Assembly (NCBI GenBank): GCA_963796365.1
Contig: CAWCLJ010000003.1
Span: 654,800 to 718,799, forward strand
Origin: an uncultured Chloroflexia bacterium
Lineage (GTDB): Bacteria > Chloroflexota > Dehalococcoidia > Dehalococcoidales > RBG-16-60-22
DNA length: 64,000 nucleotides
Direction of reading: 5' to 3'
This document shows, one piece after another, positions 28,410-38,615 of the stretch (its first letter is position 1; each line of letters starts with the position of its first letter). Both the position numbers and the translations under genes were made by a program. The notes under the pieces are model-generated. The model saw only the letters and a list, made by a program, of their open reading frames with translations. It was not told where the DNA came from and did not search any database.

Positions 28410-30062
28410 GTGCCTAAAGCTTCAGATCTGTTAAATCAGGGACGCCGTGAAGATTTGTGGCAGATGTGCTGCGGATACCTTGACCTCGATATAGACGGTT
28501 TCATGGAGATCCAGGAGCGCCTTTTATTAAAGCAGCTTGAATTATTAAACAATTGCGCTTTAGGAAAGAAGTTATTCCGCAGTAAAAAACCGGAAAACAT
28601 GGAGGAATTCCGCCGCCTGGCCCCGATAACCACGTATAAAGATTATTGTCCGGAGTTATTGGAAAAACGGGAAGAAACTTTACCGGCGAAACCGATATTC
28701 TGGGTGCACACAGCCGGCAGGACCGGCGATTACCCGTGCAAATGGGCGCCGATGACGGAAGATTATGCGCAGGAACTTAGTAAAGTACTATTCGCCCTGG
28801 GTATATATTCCGGCGCTAAAGATTGGGGAGATACATCACATCTCCCTGTTAAAAAGATTTCCATATTATATTCTGTCGCCCCGGCGCCGTATATCTCCGG
28901 CACCTTCGCCGAGCTTATCCTGCGCCAGTTCCCGATTAGTTATTTACCTTCACTCAATAAAGCGCAGGATATGTCTTTCGAAGATAGAATCAAACTCGGG
29001 TTTGAACAGGCCATGACCGAGGGGTTCGATTATTTCTTCGGGCTTTCGCTGGTCCTGATGACGGTCGGAGAAAAAATAAAAGATGCTTCCAATCAAGCCA
29101 GTCTGAAACCGTATCTGAAGAGTCCCAGAGCCTTATGGCGTTTACTCAATGGCAAGATTCGCAGCAGCCTAGAGCACCGTCCGATGTTGCCGAAAGATTT
29201 ATGGAAGATTAAGGGTATTATCGGCAGCGGCACCGATAGCTTTGTTTATAAAGACAAGATTAAAGAGCTCTGGGGCAGGAGCCCGCTCGATTTGTATGCC
29301 TGCACGGAAGGCGGCATGATTGCTTCGCAGACCTGGGATTACGAGGGGATGACGTTCGTTCCGAACATCAATTTCCTCGAATTTATTCCGGAAGAGGAAA
29401 ATTTAAAGTGGCAAATGGACCACAGCTACCAGCCCAAGACTCTTTTGCTTAACGAGGTCGAAGCCGGAGAAAATTACGAAATATTGATAACATCTTTCCA
29501 TGGCGGCGCATTTGTCAGATACAAAATCGGAGATATGATAAAGATAGAGTCATTGCGTAATGAAAAGCTGGGTATAAACATCCCGCAAATGGCTTTTGAA
29601 AGAAGAGTGGATGACTTTATCGACTTCTACGTCATCAACCTCACGGAAAGAAGTATCTGGCAGGCTATCGAAGCTACCGAAGTGCCCTATGTGGACTGGA
29701 TAGCTTATAAAGACGCGGAGAACATGACGCTTCATATCGGTATCGAGCTTAAAGAAGGTCATAACCAGGATAAAGAAAAACTGGCCAAAATGATATATAA
29801 CAAGCTGACTGAGCCGGACAATAATAAAGCGGCAGAAGTGACGCGTGAAAACGATTTAACAGATTCGAGCGATTTTAAGATAAAACTGGATATACTTCCT
29901 AAAGGAACGTTTGCGGAATATATCTCTCAAAGACGGGCGGAAGGCGCCGACCTTGCGCACCTCAAGCCGCCGCACGTTAATCCTTCGGATAAAGTCCTCT
30001 CGATACTGACCGACGATATAGAAGATGTCGTTATCGTGGATAAAAATAAAGTTAAGGTTTAA
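28410..30062 (+). CDS. GH3-family acyl-acid amido synthetase-like adenylating enzyme
   Basis: About 550 aa. Overall resemblance to the bacterial GH3 auxin-responsive-promoter family. Start set to GTG 28410 (AGGAG 7 nt upstream). Confidence 0.72.
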   Translation: MPKASDLLNQGRREDLWQMCCGYLDLDIDGFMEIQERLLLKQLELLNNCALGKKLFRSKKPENMEEFRRLAPITTYKDYCPELLEKREETLPAKPIFWVHTAGRTGDYPCKWAPMTEDYAQELSKVLFALGIYSGAKDWGDTSHLPVKKISILYSVAPAPYISGTFAELILRQFPISYLPSLNKAQDMSFEDRIKLGFEQAMTEGFDYFFGLSLVLMTVGEKIKDASNQASLKPYLKSPRALWRLLNGKIRSSLEHRPMLPKDLWKIKGIIGSGTDSFVYKDKIKELWGRSPLDLYACTEGGMIASQTWDYEGMTFVPNINFLEFIPEEENLKWQMDHSYQPKTLLLNEVEAGENYEILITSFHGGAFVRYKIGDMIKIESLRNEKLGINIPQMAFERRVDDFIDFYVINLTERSIWQAIEATEVPYVDWIAYKDAENMTLHIGIELKEGHNQDKEKLAKMIYNKLTEPDNNKAAEVTRENDLTDSSDFKIKLDILPKGTFAEYISQRRAEGADLAHLKPPHVNPSDKVLSILTDDIEDVVIVDKNKVKV

Positions 30063-30119
30063 CGGCAAAAAACAGTTCTATCTCCAACGGGTAAATTATT
30101 GAAATTCTTCGCCTCAGTA

Positions 30120-31619
30120 CTAAAAAAAACTTGCCATTTTCATCGCCGCTTGTTTTAAGAACGTGAGTGTATTTTCGTCTGAAGGGTTCATGGCGATAAT
30201 ACCGATGGCGCGGAAAAGCCCGGCGATATCCTGCGTTGAAAATCCTACCGATGATAAATAGCAGGCAAAATGTTCGCCGCCCAAAAAGCAGGTTGAATTG
30301 TTGATTTCCCTGGCAATCTTGAATTGGGCTTCATTTGCCTCTTCGCTGGTCATCGTGGCATGTTGCCATGATAGCAAGTTACCGGTTATGCCGTATTTTT
30401 CTCTTTGATCTGAAATCGTAGAGTTCGGTAATAAAGAGAACGGGCAGCAGGCATATGTATTCGGCGCTGAACGCTGGATAAGGTCGGTGGTCGCTTTTAA
30501 AGTATCCTGGGTTTCTCCCGGGAATCCTATAAGTATGTTGTAATTAATAAGGATATTAAGTTCTTTAGCGGTTTTAGCGATGTTTACTGCCATTTCAGGG
30601 TCATATTTTTTACCCATTTTTTTCAATAATTCGCGGGAAGCTGATTCCAGCCCCACATCCAGGGCCACGCACCCGGAACGCTTCATTTTCTCCAGCAAAG
30701 AAGGGCTAAGGTTTTCTATACGGGCATAGGATGACCATTTTACCGGGATCCCTATTTTTATACAATTTTCGTAAATAGCGTCACAAAGTGCAGCACACCT
30801 TTCCGGCGGCGCGGAAAAACAGGAATCAGCAAAGCGGAAAGTAACTGTTTTGTATTTAGCGGCATCTTGAATAATTTCATTGATGACCCGCTCGATAGAA
30901 TGATATCTTGCTGGCTTGCCCCAGAATGTGACATCGGAACAATAAACGCAGTGGTAAGGACAGCCGCGGCTGGTCTCGATGGGTAATACCGGTAATCTCT
31001 TGGCTGATGGTAACCCCATGAGTTCCCATGCCGGTAAAGGTAATTTTTCCATAACGACCGGTGGGCGTAGAGGTGTTTCTACGATATTATTTTTTTTATC
31101 TTTAAAAATAATACCCTTGACGGATTTAGGGTCTTTATTGCCGCTGATACAGTCAATAAGCTTTATAAATGTTTCTTCACCTTCTTGCTGTACCACATAA
31201 TCTATGCCGGGGATCAGATTGAAAACATCATTTGAAGTTTTTGCCCAGTCGTGTGGACCTCCCATGACTATGGTAGCCGTTGGATTCTGCTGCTTAATAT
31301 CAGTAATTACATGTTTGATATCCTCAATTTGCATGAAAGTAGAAGATAAACCGATGATATCGAAACCTGAACAGTGAATACCGTCAAAATAATAATCTTC
31401 AACTTTTATCTCTATATCGGGACGGTTTTGTTTGATATAACTGGCTATAGATACCGGACCAAGCGGGGGAATCGTAAAACGTAAAATTCCTTTATCAAAA
31501 AGGGTCATTAGAGTCGGCAGGGCATCGGAATTTATCCCGAGTTGATTTAAGACGGATATATTAACGGGAGGGAAACCTGTAACAATAAGTATTTTTTGAT
31601 TGTTTGATTTTTTGTTCAT
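30120..31619 (-). CDS. B12-binding-domain radical SAM enzyme
   Basis: ETSRGCPYHCVYCS (CxxxCxxC) after an N-terminal Rossmann-like cobalamin-binding domain. Confidence 0.88.
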   Translation of the reverse strand: MNKKSNNQKILIVTGFPPVNISVLNQLGINSDALPTLMTLFDKGILRFTIPPLGPVSIASYIKQNRPDIEIKVEDYYFDGIHCSGFDIIGLSSTFMQIEDIKHVITDIKQQNPTATIVMGGPHDWAKTSNDVFNLIPGIDYVVQQEGEETFIKLIDCISGNKDPKSVKGIIFKDKKNNIVETPLRPPVVMEKLPLPAWELMGLPSAKRLPVLPIETSRGCPYHCVYCSDVTFWGKPARYHSIERVINEIIQDAAKYKTVTFRFADSCFSAPPERCAALCDAIYENCIKIGIPVKWSSYARIENLSPSLLEKMKRSGCVALDVGLESASRELLKKMGKKYDPEMAVNIAKTAKELNILINYNILIGFPGETQDTLKATTDLIQRSAPNTYACCPFSLLPNSTISDQREKYGITGNLLSWQHATMTSEEANEAQFKIAREINNSTCFLGGEHFACYLSSVGFSTQDIAGLFRAIGIIAMNPSDENTLTFLKQAAMKMASFF

Positions 31620-31645
31620 AATTATTGCCGTTCCTGAAATATAGC

Positions 31646-31659
31646 ATATGTTAACATAT
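31646..31659. promoter_or_regulatory. 14-bp perfect palindrome upstream of the radical SAM gene
   Basis: ATATGTTAACATAT, 27 nt upstream of the start codon. Confidence 0.35.
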
Positions 31660-31855
31660 ATAATTCGGTTTATCCAAGTTTCTATTGCTTTTGTACAATT
31701 ACGTAAAATCGTGAATATAGTAAAATTTACCTGATTTTCTTTGATTGAGTGTAAATTTAGGGTCTAACCCCTAGTACTTTAGTCTCCCTTACGTTGGTCA
31801 AGTGACTTTAGTTACCTATTGACAGTATTTGTATTAGATATAATAATGCGTTTAT

Positions 31856-34800
31856 ATGTCAGTCTACGCTATTGCGCCACTAATTGCGACCATTGCTTAT
31901 ATACCGCTGTTGATAACTACGGCCAGCAGCCGGCCCTGGCAAAAGCGTAACTTTTGGTTTTTAACATTCCTTATATCGGGAATAATATGGAGTACTCTTG
32001 CCTTCACCCTTAGAGACCAGGTTTTTCCGTCCCATAAACTTATAATATTTAAAATAACCACGATTCTTTTTGCAGTTACAGCAGTACAATTTCATGTCTT
32101 TTCTTCATCATTTTATCCTCCGGGTAAAAGCCGCTGGTTGATATTCGCCTACGCTTCACTGGCTGCCATCACCGTATTTGTGTCCCTGGGATATGCAACA
32201 CACGAAACATACGTTGATGGTGCTATAACGACAGAATATTCAAAAGGCATATATTTTCTGGCGGTACTCCTTTTTGTTATTGCCGGCAGAAACTTGTATG
32301 TGTTTTGGAAGACACGAAAAATTGAAAATAATCCTATTGTGCATAATCAGATACTCGCTTTGATGTTAGGGATTACAATTTTTGTTATATTTGCTGCATT
32401 AAGCATACCGGCGTGGTTTAATGATTTTCCAATCATCCATTATGGCAACCTGATTAACGCATTCATCCTTACTTATTCAGTGGTAAAAGATCACTTGATC
32501 GATATCAAACTGGTCATACGCCGCGGCACGGCCTGGTTCACTATCGCGCTGGTAGGAGCCGTGGGTTACTGGTTATTGCTGATTGTCGCCCATCGGCTAT
32601 TTAATTTTAACATGGACTTATTCGCATCAATAATAGCTACATTAATTGCCGCCGGAGTCGCTTTCGGCGTTTATAAAATCCGGGACAATTTATTCAAGAT
32701 AATGAACCGGGTATTACAGGGCAATGCCTATGATTATTTCCAGAAGCTAAACGAGTTTACCAATAAAATACATAACGTCTTCAGCCTTAAAGAACAGGGC
32801 GGTGAACTGCTTTCCTTATTAATCAAGGCGCTTAACATAAAACAAGCATGCCTTTTGTTCCCGGAAGCCGGCAGCGGCGATTACAAAACACAATTCTTCG
32901 AATCGGGTAATAAACCCTCGCAAATGGCAAATTTAAGATTGAGGGCAAACAGCCCCATCATTAAATATCTGGAAAAAGAGCAGAAAGTCCTCCATCGGGA
33001 AAACTTAATGATTTTACCCGCCTTCTTAAGCCTGTGGCCCCAGGAAAAAGAGGAAATCGAAGCTAAGAACATATCTATGTTCATTCCGCTTATCAGCCGC
33101 GACCGTCTGATTGCTATCCTTGTCCTCGGGGAGAAAGTATCCGGCAGGTATTCGCTGGAAGATATTAATACTATAGAAAATGCATCCGGCCGTGTGGCGG
33201 TCAGCCTGGAAAAAGAATACCTCCGCGAGCAATTGAGGGAAAGAGAAGAAGAATTATCTGTAATTAACAATTCTCATGTTATTCTCTCTTCCAGCCTGGA
33301 TATTCAGGAAAGCTTCGGCGCTTTTATCGAGGAGCTTAAGAAAATTATCGATGTCGCCTGGGCCGGGATTGTTTTGATAGATGAAAATAAGCTTGTAGTG
33401 GTGGCCCTGTCATCATCGGAAATAGGCGCCTATCAGATCGGTGACAGGTTACCGATAGAAGGAACCGGGACGGGTTGGGTCATCACCCAGAAAAAACCGT
33501 TTATTGAATACGACCTGGCGCAGGAAAAGTATTTTAATACCAGCGAACACTGGTTATCCATAGGCATGCGGACGACGGCTTATTTCCCGCTGGTGGCCAA
33601 GGGCCGCATTATCGGCAGCTTGATTATTACCTCGAAACTGCCTAACGCCTACGGGCCGAGGCATATCAAACTTCTGGAGCAGCTTGCTTCACAGATTGCC
33701 ATGCCGCTGGAAAACTCACAACTTTACGCCAGGGCTGAAAAGAAAGCCAGAATCGATGAGCTTACCAGGCTGCTGAACCGCCGCTCCCTGGATGAAATGA
33801 TTGATAGCGAAATCAGCCGGCATTCCCGTTACGGCGGGACCTTCTCGCTGGCTATTCTTGACCTTGATTCGTTTAAATTCTATAACGATACTTACGGGCA
33901 CCTTGCCGGAGACGGGCTTTTACAGGATGTCGGCAAAGCTATAAAATCAGCTATTAGAAACGCTGATTTCGCGTTCCGTTACGGTGGCGATGAGTTCGCC
34001 ATACTCTTCCCCCAGACCACTATGGATACCGCTTTACAGGTTGTAGAACGCGTCCGGAAGACGATTGCGGAAACCGTGAAAACGGAGAAAATTCACATTA
34101 CGACGAGCATCGGGCTGGCGAGCTGGCCAGATGACGGTATCAGCCACACCGATATCATCGCCGCGGCCGACGTTACACTTTACCGGGCTAAACGCAACGG
34201 CGGTAACCAGAGCTTATGCGCCTCCGGTCCGCTCGGTATAATTCCGCAGGAAGAAATTAGCATTGACAGCGATGATAACCTTACCAGTAAGATAAACAGC
34301 CTTGTGCGTGTCTTTTCGGAGATTATCGATTCGCGTTGCTGTTATTCCAATAACCATTCCAAAAAAGTGAAGGACTACGCCTTAACGCTGGCCAACGCTC
34401 TAAAAATGGATGCGCAGGCAGTCGCCAAACTGGAAATGTGCGCTTTGCTCCACGATATTGGTAAAATAGGCATAAGCAAGGATATTTTGAGTAAGCCGGG
34501 AGAATTGACGGATGAAGAAGCGGCTATTTTTAAGACCCATCCGCAGCTCGGGGCCAATATCGTTAAACCAATTCCGCAGCTTTCGATAGCCGCCGACGCT
34601 ATATTACATCACCACGAACGGTTCGACGGTTCTGGGTATCCGGACGGTCTGAAAGGTAATGAGATACCGCTGGAAGCTCGAATTATTGGTATCGTCGAAG
34701 CATTTGTTACCATGATGTCGGACCGGTCGTATTCACGGACCAAGACACTTGAAGAGTCGGTTAAGGAGCTAAGAAAATTTTCACGCCTGCAGTTCGACCC

Positions 34801-34873
34801 GGTGCTTGTAGAGCAATTTATTTCCATTTTTGAAAAATCAAAAGATAATATTGTTAATAAGGCAAGGAGGTAA
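31856..34873 (+). CDS. Membrane sensor with GAF domains, GGDEF diguanylate cyclase and HD-GYP phosphodiesterase
   Basis: About 8 N-terminal TM segments. RNADFAFRYGGDEF (I-site RxxD plus GGDEF). LLHDIGK...HHERFDGSGYPDGL (HD-GYP). Confidence 0.9.
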   Translation: MSVYAIAPLIATIAYIPLLITTASSRPWQKRNFWFLTFLISGIIWSTLAFTLRDQVFPSHKLIIFKITTILFAVTAVQFHVFSSSFYPPGKSRWLIFAYASLAAITVFVSLGYATHETYVDGAITTEYSKGIYFLAVLLFVIAGRNLYVFWKTRKIENNPIVHNQILALMLGITIFVIFAALSIPAWFNDFPIIHYGNLINAFILTYSVVKDHLIDIKLVIRRGTAWFTIALVGAVGYWLLLIVAHRLFNFNMDLFASIIATLIAAGVAFGVYKIRDNLFKIMNRVLQGNAYDYFQKLNEFTNKIHNVFSLKEQGGELLSLLIKALNIKQACLLFPEAGSGDYKTQFFESGNKPSQMANLRLRANSPIIKYLEKEQKVLHRENLMILPAFLSLWPQEKEEIEAKNISMFIPLISRDRLIAILVLGEKVSGRYSLEDINTIENASGRVAVSLEKEYLREQLREREEELSVINNSHVILSSSLDIQESFGAFIEELKKIIDVAWAGIVLIDENKLVVVALSSSEIGAYQIGDRLPIEGTGTGWVITQKKPFIEYDLAQEKYFNTSEHWLSIGMRTTAYFPLVAKGRIIGSLIITSKLPNAYGPRHIKLLEQLASQIAMPLENSQLYARAEKKARIDELTRLLNRRSLDEMIDSEISRHSRYGGTFSLAILDLDSFKFYNDTYGHLAGDGLLQDVGKAIKSAIRNADFAFRYGGDEFAILFPQTTMDTALQVVERVRKTIAETVKTEKIHITTSIGLASWPDDGISHTDIIAAADVTLYRAKRNGGNQSLCASGPLGIIPQEEISIDSDDNLTSKINSLVRVFSEIIDSRCCYSNNHSKKVKDYALTLANALKMDAQAVAKLEMCALLHDIGKIGISKDILSKPGELTDEEAAIFKTHPQLGANIVKPIPQLSIAADAILHHHERFDGSGYPDGLKGNEIPLEARIIGIVEAFVTMMSDRSYSRTKTLEESVKELRKFSRLQFDPVLVEQFISIFEKSKDNIVNKARR

Positions 34874-34914
34874 AAGGCACAGGTTTTACCGCGTGGAGCC
34901 TGCCTTTAAAAATC

Positions 34915-35601
34915 ATGAATATAAACGGAAACAAAGTACAGGTATTTATTATCAGCCAGCAATCGCTTTTTATAGGGGCGCTGGAACATGTCTTTTCCGA
35001 TTCGCCGGATATTGTAATTCTCGGTACCACCGCTGTCAATAACGATGTTCTTAAAGCCATCGATAACCTACCGCCGGATGTGGCGCTCCTTGACCTGGAC
35101 GGGTCGTCCGAAACCGCCCTGGACCTCGCTAAAAAGATAAAAGCGCGCTCCCCGAACATCGGGGTGGTGGCTCTGACTTCCAATGCCGATGATAACCAGT
35201 TATTCGCCGCACTGAAAGCACAGGCGGTGGCCTATCTTAGCAAAGAAGTTACAGAAGACCAGATAATTGAAACCGTCAGGCGGGTAGCCAGGGGCGAACA
35301 TCCGATCAATGAAAGCCTTACCAATCGGCCCAAGCTAGCCGAGCATGTGCTGCAGCAGTTCCAGGAGCTTAGCTCAAAATCGGAGGCCGAAGCCTTTATT
35401 TCACCGCTGACTCCCAGGGAAATTGAGATATTGGAATTTATCGCCAAAGGGTATCTGAACAAACAAATCGCCGCGGAACTCGGCATCAGCGAGCAAACGA
35501 TTAAAAACCACGTTACATCGATATTACGGAAACTTAACGCTAACGCTCGTACCGAAGCGGTGGTCGTGGCCATTAAACAAGGCTTGATAAAACTTAGTTA
35601 A
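34915..35601 (+). CDS. LuxR/NarL-family response regulator with degenerate receiver domain
   Basis: C-terminal LTPREIEILEFIAKGYLNKQIAAELGISEQTIKNHV HTH. The receiver keeps D (LLDLD), T/S and K, but the acidic pair is SQ (VFIISQQS). Confidence 0.85.
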   Translation: MNINGNKVQVFIISQQSLFIGALEHVFSDSPDIVILGTTAVNNDVLKAIDNLPPDVALLDLDGSSETALDLAKKIKARSPNIGVVALTSNADDNQLFAALKAQAVAYLSKEVTEDQIIETVRRVARGEHPINESLTNRPKLAEHVLQQFQELSSKSEAEAFISPLTPREIEILEFIAKGYLNKQIAAELGISEQTIKNHVTSILRKLNANARTEAVVVAIKQGLIKLS

Positions 35602-35861
35602 ATACCATTACTATTATCGGCGTACGTATCCTGCTGGAACATCTTTCATAAATATCTATAGACATTAGGTAATTATTCCATGGCAGCGTTTTCCCTTCTG
35701 GTCATTTGACAAGAATATGGCATGTAGTTAAAATATAACAACTACTTATGTATATACAAATGGCCGTATATTATTGAACATTGTATTTGAACATTTAGTA
35801 AGATACGTTGTTATCAAGTCTTTGGCGAATATTGTGTAAATACATTCTCTGGAGGCTGGCA

Positions 35862-38522
35862 ATGAAAAAAATCGCAATTACGTTCCTTTCACTGATTGTT
35901 CTTGTCGTTCTGCTGCTTGTAACAGGCTGCGGTTTGCCGCAGGCGATTTTTAAGATGGACACCGGCAATGGTGCCGCTCCCTTAAAAGTATCGTTTACGA
36001 ACGGTACAGTTGTAAAAGCCGATAGCAAAATCGTATTTGATTGGGACTTCGGTGACGGTAAAACGCAGACCGGGACTAAGATAACCGATTCAATCAGCCA
36101 TGAATACACCAGGACCGGCATCTATACCGTGACATTAACCGAATATGCTTCGGATGCTCCGGCAAAGACGATTGTCATATCACAGAATGTCACCGTTACT
36201 CATGGGACTTTAACAAAAATTAACATCATACCTGAAAGAGTGGAATTAAATATCGACCAGAGCAAAACTTTTAATAGCGAAGCTTTTGATGATTACGGGA
36301 ACCCCATCACGGATGCCGCTTTCAGCTGGAGGCCGGGAAATGCCGGGACGGTTAGCGCCGACGGGACTTTTACGGCCGGCACGGTGGCCGGTAATTTCAC
36401 CGATGGCATTTATGCAGTTGCTGATTTGAATGGTGCTTCCGTTAATACCGCTGCTTCTATACTGATAAAACCTGACCCACTTGATTCAGCTACGCTGGAC
36501 CCAATTAGCATAGCCGCCGGTGACAGCAAACAGCTGGTCGTCGCTTATAAAGATAAATACGGCAACAAACTCACTAACCTCGATACCTCATGGTCAATGG
36601 AGGACTCAAAAGCAGGCACTATCACGGGGGATGGGCTTTTTACAGCATCAAGGCAAGCTTTGAGCTATGATAAAGCAATTAAAGTTACGGTAAAGCAGGG
36701 GGACAAAACTGTTGAGGCTACCACGCAAGTTGCCATCACGCCGGCAGCCCTGACACAATTAGCTATTGCACCTGCCCAAATAGACTTGGGTAAAGGAATG
36801 TCCCAGCAATTCGTTGCGGTAGGTGCGGATAAATACGGAAATAGGATTTCCAATGTTAACTACACCTGGAGCAGCCAGGATACAGCCGGGTCGATAACCT
36901 CTAACGGTTTATTTACTGCCAGCAATAATGTTAACGATTATAAAGAAGCGGTTACTGTAACGGCCAAAAACGGCAATGATGAGATAAACAAATCAGCTGA
37001 AGTTACTATTAATGGAGATAGCATCTTATTCATTTCGGATAGAAGCGATACTACCAACAAGGTTTATAAAATTTATTCGATGGATGTTGATGGAAATAAT
37101 ATAAAAGCAAATGATTTCAGCCTTGAAGGTGATATCGGTACTTTTGATGCATCACTCGACGGGCGCCGAATAATATACAGCGATTTTACTTTTGATAAAA
37201 ATGATAATTACACCAATGATTACACCTGGTTATCCAATGTAGACGGTACGTGGCCTATGTCGATTGTTTCCGGGGCGAATGTTTACATGCCGTCATTATC
37301 GCCTGATGGCAAAAAAATCGTTTATATGTCGCGGAAGCCCGCCAGTGTTAACCCTGATGATTGGGATATATATGTTATGGACGTCGATGGCAGCAACGCG
37401 ATTGATTTGACCAAAAATTCAAACTATGATGGTTATCCTTCTTGGTCACCTGATGGAAAACACATAGTTTTTGTGTCCACATTATATTCCAGCCAGTATG
37501 CGCCGCTGGTATGCGTCATGAACGCTGATGGTTCAAATTGTCATCAGGTCGGTACAAATGCCGGCGCCGATTATGTTCCGAGGTGGTCGCCGGATGGCCA
37601 ATATATCGCCTTCCAATCAATGGATTTTATGTCCGGTAAATATTCGATATGTGTTATGAATGCTAACGGTAACAACCGGCAAACTGTTACCGGAACAGAT
37701 TACGATGCGGAATTTCCGTACTGGTCTCCCGATAGCAGTAAACTCGTTTTTTCCTGTCTGAAAGACGGTAATCAATTCGATATCTATTCGATTAATCGCG
37801 ATGGTACCAATCTCACCAGGATTACGGATAGTACCGCTGATGAATATTGGCCCGTATGGCTCATGCCCAAACAGGGTGTTGAAGTAAATACTTCATCTGT
37901 TGACATAAATGAAGATTTCAATCAACCGGTGATGACGGCACAGGAAATCTCTAACATGGTTAAGGCGGCTATCGTACGTATTGAGTCAGTGCCCCCCGAC
38001 GGCACCGATTATGGCAGCGGATTTGCTATCAGGTCGAACGGCGTTATTTTGACGGCTAATCACGTCATCGCCGGAGCCAGCAGTATCACCGTGTATCTCC
38101 CGGATGGAACATCCCTTGCCGGGACTGTTTTAGCCAGAGATACCATCCATGACCTGGCGCTGGTCAAAGTCCAGACCAGCGATTTACCGGTAATACAAAT
38201 CGGGAGTCTTAGCGGTGTGGAAACCGGGCAGCAGGTAGTAGTCCTCGGTTATCCGTTAGGTAATAAGAACGTGTCGGTAACTTCCGGCCTCGTTTCCACC
38301 ATTGAATTCGATGACGGACTTAATACGACCTGGGTACAGACAGATTCGGCCGTCAACCCGGGCAACAGCGGCGGGCCGTTGCTCGATATGTACGGCAAAG
38401 TCATCGGCCTGATAACCAGGAAGATATTCGGCATCGGTATCGAGGGAATGGGGTACGCAATTTCCGCCGATACTTTAAATCTCTATGTAGATAAATTACT
38501 GGAAGAAGCCGGAATATCTTAA
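35862..38522 (+). CDS. Large lipoprotein: PKD domain, about 4 Big_2 Ig-like repeats, TolB-type beta-propeller, C-terminal trypsin-like (S1C) serine protease
   Basis: Lipobox LLVTGC. FDWDFGDGKTQTG (PKD). Repeated SPDGKxIVF blades. DSAVNPGNSGGPLLD protease motif. GGAGG SD. Confidence 0.82.
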   Translation: MKKIAITFLSLIVLVVLLLVTGCGLPQAIFKMDTGNGAAPLKVSFTNGTVVKADSKIVFDWDFGDGKTQTGTKITDSISHEYTRTGIYTVTLTEYASDAPAKTIVISQNVTVTHGTLTKINIIPERVELNIDQSKTFNSEAFDDYGNPITDAAFSWRPGNAGTVSADGTFTAGTVAGNFTDGIYAVADLNGASVNTAASILIKPDPLDSATLDPISIAAGDSKQLVVAYKDKYGNKLTNLDTSWSMEDSKAGTITGDGLFTASRQALSYDKAIKVTVKQGDKTVEATTQVAITPAALTQLAIAPAQIDLGKGMSQQFVAVGADKYGNRISNVNYTWSSQDTAGSITSNGLFTASNNVNDYKEAVTVTAKNGNDEINKSAEVTINGDSILFISDRSDTTNKVYKIYSMDVDGNNIKANDFSLEGDIGTFDASLDGRRIIYSDFTFDKNDNYTNDYTWLSNVDGTWPMSIVSGANVYMPSLSPDGKKIVYMSRKPASVNPDDWDIYVMDVDGSNAIDLTKNSNYDGYPSWSPDGKHIVFVSTLYSSQYAPLVCVMNADGSNCHQVGTNAGADYVPRWSPDGQYIAFQSMDFMSGKYSICVMNANGNNRQTVTGTDYDAEFPYWSPDSSKLVFSCLKDGNQFDIYSINRDGTNLTRITDSTADEYWPVWLMPKQGVEVNTSSVDINEDFNQPVMTAQEISNMVKAAIVRIESVPPDGTDYGSGFAIRSNGVILTANHVIAGASSITVYLPDGTSLAGTVLARDTIHDLALVKVQTSDLPVIQIGSLSGVETGQQVVVLGYPLGNKNVSVTSGLVSTIEFDDGLNTTWVQTDSAVNPGNSGGPLLDMYGKVIGLITRKIFGIGIEGMGYAISADTLNLYVDKLLEEAGIS

Positions 38523-38615
38523 GCACAATTTTCCCATAAATAATAAAATAAAGCTGGCTTTGCTCATTAGGACGCGTGTGCTAGAATTAGATAGAACACT
38601 GTCTTAGGAGCAAAG

